From an uncultured virus (IMG/VR IMGVR_UViG_3300021400_000397) (taxonomy: Duplodnaviria; Heunggongvirae; Uroviricota; Caudoviricetes): a stretch of DNA of 20,000 nucleotides. Position 1 is the stretch's first letter. Each line of letters starts with the position of its first letter. Positions 14,109 to 20,000 of the stretch are shown here, one piece after another. Under the pieces are notes generated by a model. That model was not told the origin of the DNA and searched no databases. It worked only from the letters and a program-made list of their open reading frames with translations. The DNA lies in IMG/VR virus record IMGVR_UViG_3300021400_000397, one strand, 5' to 3'. A program made the position numbers and the translations under genes.

Positions 14109-15452
14109 TCACAGCTCGCCCTTCTGCTCGACGACCAGCTGCGTCGCCTTCTCGCTCGCGACCCACTTGACGACCTCCGCGCCGCGGACGGTGAAGGGCT
14201 CCTTGACCTTGTCGATGTCGGCCTTCGCCGCCGTCTTCTTCATCCCGCGCTTGTCGACCAGGTGGTCCAGGAGAAGCGTCGTCGAGAACTCGGAGCACGC
14301 GGCGACCTCGTTGGGCTCGAGCGCGTACTTCGCGATGAACGCCTTCTTCATGTCCTCCATGTTCTCGGCCGGGACGCTCGCCTTGCCGCGCTGCGTCTGG
14401 ATCCTGTAGCCGGGCAGCTCCACCGTGCCGGGGTTCTGCGCGACCCAGCGCGCGTCGTCCTTCTTGACGGCCTCGAACACGTCGGCCATCGTCTTGAGGA
14501 CGAGGCGGCGGAGCCCGCGCTCGGCCGGCGTCTGCGGCTGGAGCGTGAGCTTCGTGCCCGCGAACACGCCGCCGGGGGCGGTGAGCTGCCTGAACACGTT
14601 GACCGAGTTGAACACGGTCTTCGCGGCCTTTAGCTGGCTGTCCGTGGACGCCTTGTCCACGCCCTCGGACGCGAGCTGCAGCGCGCCTCCGCCCTCCATG
14701 ACCTTCGAGGCGCCCTCGACGTACTGGCCCTGGTACCGGCACATGCCGCTCCAGTGGCAGTACTGGCACGCCTCGCTCGGGCAGCCGGGCACCGTGTCGT
14801 CGTTGGCGGACCTGTCCGCGCGCTCCTCGATCGCCGCGACGCGCTTCGCGAACTCCGCGAGCTCCTCCTTCCCGACCGGGATGCGGAGCTGCGAGTCTTC
14901 GCTGAGGCGCGGCGCCACGACGCAGCAGATGAACGCGTCGTGCAGCGGGCACAGCGTGCTGACCGCGAGCGCGTAGCGCATGATCTGCAGCGTGTAGTCG
15001 TGGTCGTTGCGCGACGACTTCCAGTCGATGATGTACACCGGGCCGTCGGCCGGGACGATCATCGCGTCTATGTAGCCGTGGCGCCCGCCGCCGAGTTCGA
15101 CCTCGCACTCAGTGTAGAGGCCCGGCTTCAGGCGCTTGGTCTTCAGGAACGGCTGGCCGCCCTTCCTGAACTTGATCCGATAGTCCTGCACCGTCGGCAG
15201 GCTCTCGAGGAGCAGGCTCCCCAGCTCCCTCACGGACCCCCTCACGAGCCACCGCATGTCGTTCGACATCTCCATCTTCTCGACGTACTCGTCCCACTTC
15301 TCCCGAGGCAGCAGGCAGATCGCCTCCATGTGCTCGTGATAGAGCGTTCCATCTGAACTTGCCTCGGTCTCCTCGCCGTTCGGGCGGAACCTCGGGCACT
15401 TTTCCACAGCCGCCAGACTTGACGGGCTTACTATGTTTGGCCTGTATGCCAT
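14109..15452 (-). CDS. Cas4-like/DUF2800-type PD-(D/E)XK exonuclease with probable Fe-S cluster, 447 aa
   Basis: SPSSL..CPRF, GTLYHE, ECEV, GYID, IIDWKS, LQIMRYA, CQYCHWSGMC; RBS AAAGGAG. Confidence 0.85.
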   Translation of the reverse strand: MAYRPNIVSPSSLAAVEKCPRFRPNGEETEASSDGTLYHEHMEAICLLPREKWDEYVEKMEMSNDMRWLVRGSVRELGSLLLESLPTVQDYRIKFRKGGQPFLKTKRLKPGLYTECEVELGGGRHGYIDAMIVPADGPVYIIDWKSSRNDHDYTLQIMRYALAVSTLCPLHDAFICCVVAPRLSEDSQLRIPVGKEELAEFAKRVAAIEERADRSANDDTVPGCPSEACQYCHWSGMCRYQGQYVEGASKVMEGGGALQLASEGVDKASTDSQLKAAKTVFNSVNVFRQLTAPGGVFAGTKLTLQPQTPAERGLRRLVLKTMADVFEAVKKDDARWVAQNPGTVELPGYRIQTQRGKASVPAENMEDMKKAFIAKYALEPNEVAACSEFSTTLLLDHLVDKRGMKKTAAKADIDKVKEPFTVRGAEVVKWVASEKATQLVVEQKGEL

Positions 15453-15663
15453 TTTTCTTGTTCTCCTTTATTACCAGTTTTACCATTTCCTCGACGGACT
15501 CGACCTCGACGGGCTCCACGCCCGCCCTCCGGTCGACCGTCACCTCCTGTCCGGAGCGGAGCGTCAGCGTCGCGCCGTCGGGCGAGAAGGAGCCGACCGA
15601 CTCCACCTCGCCCTCGGGCACGACGAACACGTCCGCCCCGTCCCTGAACTTCAGCACCTTCAT
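15109..15663 (-). CDS. Hypothetical protein; ~60-aa gene-like core whose frame runs 344 nt into the nuclease gene
   Basis: ATGA-coupled MKVLKFRDG start with RBS and G/C-rich third codon positions up to ~15490. No in-frame stop until 15109, so the true end is uncertain. Confidence 0.5.
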   Translation of the reverse strand: MKVLKFRDGADVFVVPEGEVESVGSFSPDGATLTLRSGQEVTVDRRAGVEPVEVESVEEMVKLVIKENKKNGIQAKHSKPVKSGGCGKVPEVPPERRGDRGKFRWNALSRAHGGDLPAASGEVGRVRREDGDVERHAVAREGVREGAGEPAPREPADGAGLSDQVQEGRPAVPEDQAPEAGPLH

Positions 15664-15857
15664 CGCCCTTCCTTCAGCTCCTGGCACTCCCTCTGCTTGA
15701 GGCGCCTGGCGGCCGCGTCCAGCTTCTCCTTCAGGGAGTCCAGCTCCAGCGTCGCCTTCGACCCGTTCGCCAGGAGCATGTCGCGTCCGCCTTCCACCAA
15801 GGCGCGGAGGACCTTCAGCTCGGGGTAGGTCATCGGTATCATCTCGTACTTGTTCAT
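15660..15857 (-). CDS. Hypothetical protein, 65 aa
   Basis: ATGA coupling at both ends. Confidence 0.65.
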   Translation of the reverse strand: MNKYEMIPMTYPELKVLRALVEGGRDMLLANGSKATLELDSLKEKLDAAARRLKQRECQELKEGR

Positions 15858-17215
15858 CTCATCAGGTCTCCGTCCACCAGCGCGTCGAGGTTCTCCACCT
15901 TCCGGCGCACCGCCCTCGCGACGCGCTCCTCGGCGGAGCCCGCGGCCAGGACTATCTTCTGCGTCGCGGTCGTGCCGCCGACGCGCCTTATCCTCCCGAG
16001 CGCCTGCTTCAGCTCCGAGCTCGACCAGCCCGGGCTGATGAGCGAGACCCTCGGCCTCTCGTGCTTCACGTCGTGCAGCGACAGCGCGACCCCGCACGCC
16101 GAGGACATCCCGACCATCACGTGGACGCGGTTGTCCTGGAACGCGTCGATGCCCGCCTGCCTCTCCCTGTCGGGCTGCCCTCCGTAGATGTTCGAGAACG
16201 CCACCGCGTGCTCCGAGAGGTAGTTCTCCACCCGGCGCCGGGCGTCGGTGAAGTTTAGGCACACGAACACCGAGCACCCGTCCTCCACGGCCTCGACGGC
16301 CATCTGGGCGATCGCCTCCGCCTTCGCGAACTCGGCCTGCTGCCTGAGCCTCAGGAGCTTCACCATCTCGTCGGTGCCGGGCCGTATCTCGCGGATGTTC
16401 CTCGGCATCTCCTCGTAGGCCTTCACGAGCATGTCGTGGTCGGCCTTGGCGAGGTCGACGAGCACGGTCTCCACGGTCTCCTCGGGGAACCCGGGGATCT
16501 CGCTCGGCCCGACGGAGATGAACCTGTCGCCCATCCTCGCGCGGATCGCCTTCATGATCTCCGTGGCCTTCGCCTTGTTCTTCGTGAACTCGAGGGCCAT
16601 CGCCCCGGCGCGGTTCTTCTCGACGAACGCGCAGCCGTTGGCGCGGCACCAGTTGTAGAACGAGCCCACGTAGTAGTCGTGGAACCCCATGAGGTACCCG
16701 ATCGCCTGCATCTTGAGCGGCGAGTCGGCGGGGGTCGCGGACATCAGCAGCACCTTGTGGCCGGGGGTGGACCTGTTGACCCACCTCGCCAGCATCAGCG
16801 ACTGCTTGCACCCGCTCCCCTTCCGCGAACCCGCGACGCGCTTGTATATCCCGCCCGCGCCCCTGTGCACCTCGTCGAAGACAAGCAGCGCCGGGCCCGG
16901 CGGGATGTTCTTCCAGCCGTCCTCGTGGGAATACCACTGCTGCTTCCTCGACGCTATGAGGTTCTCGGGGTTGATGACGTCGAGGACGTGCTCCGACGCC
17001 CCCATTCCGTCGAGGACCTCCCGCCACTGCGAGCGGGCGATCTTCGGACAGACCACCAGGGTCGGAATCCCGAGGTCCCTTATGGTCTGCGCGGCGAGGT
17101 ACGTCTTGCCCGCCCCGGTGTGGGCCGCCTCGAGGAGCACGCGCTCCCTTCCGAGGACGTCCGTCTGCCTGGCTGCGATCGGCACCTGCCATTCCTTCAG
17201 CTTCATTTCCTGCAT
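15854..17215 (-). CDS. Superfamily 2 DExH (SNF2-like phage) helicase, ~453 aa (alternative start 17206)
   Basis: Motifs I HTGAGKT, Ia VVCPK, II DEVH, III SATP, VI QALGRIRR. Confidence 0.9.
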   Translation of the reverse strand: MQEMKLKEWQVPIAARQTDVLGRERVLLEAAHTGAGKTYLAAQTIRDLGIPTLVVCPKIARSQWREVLDGMGASEHVLDVINPENLIASRKQQWYSHEDGWKNIPPGPALLVFDEVHRGAGGIYKRVAGSRKGSGCKQSLMLARWVNRSTPGHKVLLMSATPADSPLKMQAIGYLMGFHDYYVGSFYNWCRANGCAFVEKNRAGAMALEFTKNKAKATEIMKAIRARMGDRFISVGPSEIPGFPEETVETVLVDLAKADHDMLVKAYEEMPRNIREIRPGTDEMVKLLRLRQQAEFAKAEAIAQMAVEAVEDGCSVFVCLNFTDARRRVENYLSEHAVAFSNIYGGQPDRERQAGIDAFQDNRVHVMVGMSSACGVALSLHDVKHERPRVSLISPGWSSSELKQALGRIRRVGGTTATQKIVLAAGSAEERVARAVRRKVENLDALVDGDLMR

Positions 17216-17242
17216 TCCTGCTTCTCCGTTTTCTCGGTGGGC

Positions 17243-17272
17243 ATTATACCATATCTCCTTCCTCGGCGTCAA
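17243..17272 (-). promoter_or_regulatory. sigma70-type promoter, copy 3
   Basis: TTGACG-N18-TATAAT with extended -10 (TATGG). Confidence 0.85.
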
Positions 17273-17469
17273 TGGTGAAAATTCCCGCGGACGAACGCGT
17301 TCACCGACAGGACCAGGAGCCCGAGGACGAGGCACCACATGATGGCGTCCATCGTCCTCCGCAGCTGGTCGTCCGTCTTCAGGAACTTGTCCCCGAAGAA
17401 CACCGTCGCCCCGAAGAGGAGCGCGGCGCACGACGAGAGCGCGAGCCCCACGTACGTCAATACTATCAT
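17269..17469 (-). CDS. Small two-TM membrane protein, 66 aa
   Basis: Two hydrophobic segments; RBS TAAGGAG. Confidence 0.7.
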   Translation of the reverse strand: MIVLTYVGLALSSCAALLFGATVFFGDKFLKTDDQLRRTMDAIMWCLVLGLLVLSVNAFVRGNFHH

Positions 17470-17478
17470 TCGATCTCC

Positions 17479-18039
17479 TTATTCGTCGTTGTCCTTCCAG
17501 TCGCGCCACACGCGGCGCGCCGTTTTCCTTACGTACTTGGCGAAATCGTCCCACGAGCGGCAGCCGACGGGCGCCCCGAGCCTCATCGACTCGATGCGCC
17601 CGTTCCTGCCCTTCGTCACCTTGCCCCACTTGAGGACGACGGCGCTGTCCGTGTCGTCCACGTCGCCCTCGACGAGCTTCGGGTCGGCATTGGCCATCGC
17701 CTCGGTGACGTAGGGCATTTCGAAGTCGACGTCGTAGTCGCACTGCATGATGTTGTTGTGCGTCTGCCGGCCGATCTTCCAGCAGATGCGCCAGCCGTCG
17801 GCCTCGTCCTTCGGGTCGACGGGCGGGCAGAACGCCGGACGCCACTTCTCGTCCTTGTCCATCCACTGCTCCTCGGACGCCGGGCCGTAACCCGACTGCC
17901 AGCCCATGCAGACGCAGTACCGGTACTTATCGGTGCTCGCGAAGTGGACGGAGCAGCAGCCCGCCTGTTCGCGGACCAGCCACTCCCACCACTTCTTGAG
18001 CTCCCTGCCGGTGACTTCCCTGAGGTCGCAGCTACGCAT
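17479..18039 (-). CDS. Hypothetical Trp/Cys-rich protein, 186 aa
   Basis: RBS GGAGGT before MRSCDLRE; motif-like segment ICWKIGRQ...MQCDYDVDFEMPY. Confidence 0.7.
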   Translation of the reverse strand: MRSCDLREVTGRELKKWWEWLVREQAGCCSVHFASTDKYRYCVCMGWQSGYGPASEEQWMDKDEKWRPAFCPPVDPKDEADGWRICWKIGRQTHNNIMQCDYDVDFEMPYVTEAMANADPKLVEGDVDDTDSAVVLKWGKVTKGRNGRIESMRLGAPVGCRSWDDFAKYVRKTARRVWRDWKDNDE

Positions 18040-18244
18040 TGGCCACCTCCAGGACGAGGCTGCCCAGCGTGCCCTCCGGCACGACAAGCGGGCAGATCGC
18101 CTTCACGACCTTGTCCAAGAGCGTCCGGAGTTGGGGATTGTTGGTCTCCCAACTCATGATGTAGTCCGTGTGCAGCCCGCTGTCGAGGTCCAGGACCTGG
18201 TATTCGCAGTCCTTCAGCAATTTTAACAAGTCTCTCAGTTTCAT
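18032..18244 (-). CDS. Hypothetical protein, 70 aa
   Basis: RBS AAGGAGG; abuts the upstream TAG. Confidence 0.65.
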   Translation of the reverse strand: MKLRDLLKLLKDCEYQVLDLDSGLHTDYIMSWETNNPQLRTLLDKVVKAICPLVVPEGTLGSLVLEVANA

Positions 18245-18493
18245 CTATTCCTCCTTCTTTTCTTTTGTTGCTGTCACTTCGATCCGCCACACCGCGGCGG
18301 GCTCGTCGCTTTCGTACGGGAGCGGGGCGCTCTCCGCCGCTTTCTTCGCGTCCTTGAACATGAGGTAGCGGTTGGCGAACGCCAGCCCGCCCCAGTGCCC
18401 CGTCGGCATGCCCCCGGTCATGTAGGTCTGCAGGAACACGACGTAGCCGCCGGGCGTCTCGCGCCCGACGGCGTAGAACCCGTCGACCCTCAT
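18245..18493 (-). CDS. Hypothetical protein, 82 aa
   Basis: RBS GGAGGAGG; ATGA coupling. Confidence 0.65.
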   Translation of the reverse strand: MRVDGFYAVGRETPGGYVVFLQTYMTGGMPTGHWGGLAFANRYLMFKDAKKAAESAPLPYESDEPAAVWRIEVTATKEKKEE

Positions 18494-18738
18494 GCCTCCT
18501 CCGCCTCGAACGTCGAATGCTTGTACGTCGCTTCCGAGTCCCAGAACAGGCCGTCGTCGCGCTTCGCGTCGGACTCCCTGCACCAGTTCTCGGCGACAAG
18601 CTCCGCCTCGTCCTGGTCGTGCGCCTCCACGAACGCGTAGAACGCCGTCTCCAGCGAACACCGAACCTTGAAGGTCTCGAGCTTGTGGCGCGGGCGTTCG
18701 TCCGTCTTCAGCTTCGGGTATTTCTTCTTCCTCTTCAT
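18490..18738 (-). CDS. Hypothetical protein, 82 aa, basic N-terminus and acidic C-terminus
   Basis: MKRKKKYPKL start; RBS AAGGAG; ATGA coupling. Confidence 0.65.
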   Translation of the reverse strand: MKRKKKYPKLKTDERPRHKLETFKVRCSLETAFYAFVEAHDQDEAELVAENWCRESDAKRDDGLFWDSEATYKHSTFEAEEA

Positions 18739-19289
18739 CCCTTGAACTCCTTGTATGTCTTGCGCAGGTGCGCGTAGTATTCTTCGAGCAGCTCCTTCGG
18801 TGCGAACTCGATCACGAATGGCTTCCTCGGCGGGAACCACCCGCTGGACTCCCAGCTGTAGACGTCGTCCTCGCACTCGATGGTCGTGTCGGGGGACTCC
18901 AGAAGCGCCTTCTTCAGGTGCTCGCGGAACCCGGACGACCCGTCGTTCGCGTCGGACCTCCCGAACGGCGCGACCGTCGGGTTGCCCTCGTCGTCGAGGA
19001 GCTCGAACACGAAGGACGCGTCGAACGGATCGTCGTTCGACACGTACTCCTTGAACCACTCCTTCAGCCCGAGCTCCGTGCGGCCGTTGGCCACGCAGTC
19101 CTGCCAGAGGTCCTTGGCCGACTCGGGATCCTCGGTCACGTACTCGTAGTCCTCCTTGGACATCGGCCGGACGACGGCGCATGACGTGGAATAGCCCAGC
19201 GAGTTGTGCCGCCAGCTTCCGTCCTCGTTCAGCTCGAGCCCGTAGACCTCGCCGTTCTCGTCGGCCCCGAGCGTAATGTATCTGTCCAT
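18735..19289 (-). CDS. Acidic hypothetical protein, 184 aa
   Basis: RBS AGGAGGT before MDRYITLG. Confidence 0.7.
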   Translation of the reverse strand: MDRYITLGADENGEVYGLELNEDGSWRHNSLGYSTSCAVVRPMSKEDYEYVTEDPESAKDLWQDCVANGRTELGLKEWFKEYVSNDDPFDASFVFELLDDEGNPTVAPFGRSDANDGSSGFREHLKKALLESPDTTIECEDDVYSWESSGWFPPRKPFVIEFAPKELLEEYYAHLRKTYKEFKG

Positions 19290-19291
19290 CC

Positions 19292-19762
19292 CTACCTCCT
19301 CTCGTACGGCGGTTTGTGGTTCTCCCACACCTCCGCCTCGCCTTCGTCGTTGATCTTCACTTCGTAGACCTCCGTCCCGGAGTCCCTGTTGAACCACAGC
19401 CGCGAGCCCTCCTCGAGGGCCCACGACATCTTGAGGAACGCCTTTACCATCACGTCGCTCCAGCCGTAGCTGGCATTGAACCCGCTGCGGTAGATATCGA
19501 ACCCCTTGTCGTCCGTGGCGTGTGCCGCGTCCCCCTGCTGGAACGCCAGCAGGATCTTGCAGATGCCCGTGAACGAATCGGGGCGTATCCCGGCCTCCCT
19601 GTACTCGGGGAGGCACCAGTTCACGCCGAGGGCCCTGCGGCCGTCGCCGATATCGACGTCCTTCTCCATGTCGCGCATCCACTGCCGCAGCAGCTTCTGC
19701 ATGCCGGCCTTGGTCGATTTGCGGAGCTTCACCCGCAGCTCGGCTGAATAGCAGTCACCCAT
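19292..19762 (-). CDS. Hypothetical protein, 156 aa
   Basis: RBS GAGGAGG; ORF from the track. Confidence 0.7.
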   Translation of the reverse strand: MGDCYSAELRVKLRKSTKAGMQKLLRQWMRDMEKDVDIGDGRRALGVNWCLPEYREAGIRPDSFTGICKILLAFQQGDAAHATDDKGFDIYRSGFNASYGWSDVMVKAFLKMSWALEEGSRLWFNRDSGTEVYEVKINDEGEAEVWENHKPPYERR

Positions 19763-19763
19763 G

Positions 19764-19991
19764 TCAGCCCTCCTCTTGTGTTTTCAGTGTTTCATACGCC
19801 GCCTCCGTACTTTTGGCCAGGTCTATGACCTCGTCCGCGCTCCGCTCCGCCAGCCATCCGGGGCGGAACCCGGGATCGGGCTCGTACGGAAGTGTCTTGC
19901 GTCGCAGGTCTTGCGCAAGCTGCACGAGCGCCCGTTTGCGCGTCCTGAACCGGTACCACGTCACGTAATCGTTGTCGTGGTAGTCAAACAT
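19764..19991 (-). CDS. Hypothetical protein, >=75 aa (may start beyond the window)
   Basis: ORF at the window edge that ends 1 nt before the next start. Confidence 0.55.
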   Translation of the reverse strand: MFDYHDNDYVTWYRFRTRKRALVQLAQDLRRKTLPYEPDPGFRPGWLAERSADEVIDLAKSTEAAYETLKTQEEG

Positions 19992-20000
19992 GCACCACCA

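Noticed and set aside
14109..15452. Cas4-like nuclease as evidence of a CRISPR system
   Set aside because: No repeat-spacer array or other cas genes are present. Solo Cas4-like exonucleases are routine in phage replication modules.
17269..17469. Two-TM protein as a holin
   Set aside because: There is no adjacent endolysin or spanin, and it lies in an early/replication context.
1..20000. Stop-codon reassignment
   Set aside because: TGA, TAA and TAG all end genes at tight junctions, and the large enzymes are uninterrupted.
1..20000. tRNA, rRNA, integrase/att sites or IS elements
   Set aside because: None recognised. Intergenic gaps are short and are accounted for by promoters, hairpins and RBSs.

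Overview
This is a high-GC segment of a tailed dsDNA phage or prophage; the host cannot be determined from the window. About 36 tightly packed genes all lie on the minus strand, many coupled by ATGA/GTGA overlaps, and they use the standard genetic code. In transcription order (right to left) the window holds: a cluster of small unknown genes (17.3-20 kb); an SF2 DExH helicase; a Cas4-like PD-(D/E)XK nuclease; a zinc-ribbon protein; a probable SSB; an AT-hook protein; a family A DNA polymerase; an AEP-type primase fused to a P-loop helicase; a RuvC-like resolvase; a TerS-like HTH protein; a degenerate HU/IHF-like protein; a CxxC protein with a Lys-rich tail; an HD hydrolase; an HEXXH protein; a lipoprotein; and a divergent ThyX-like enzyme. 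Three copies of one sigma70-type promoter with an 18-bp spacer, plus several hairpins, divide the region. The most notable signals are a PolA with several non-canonical active-site residues alongside a ThyX-like protein lacking the RHR motif (possible non-standard nucleotide chemistry), a nested 40-aa histone-like peptide with its own RBS, and a hairpin plus A-rich leader on the SSB gene. Family calls come from motif recognition by eye; no database searches were run.
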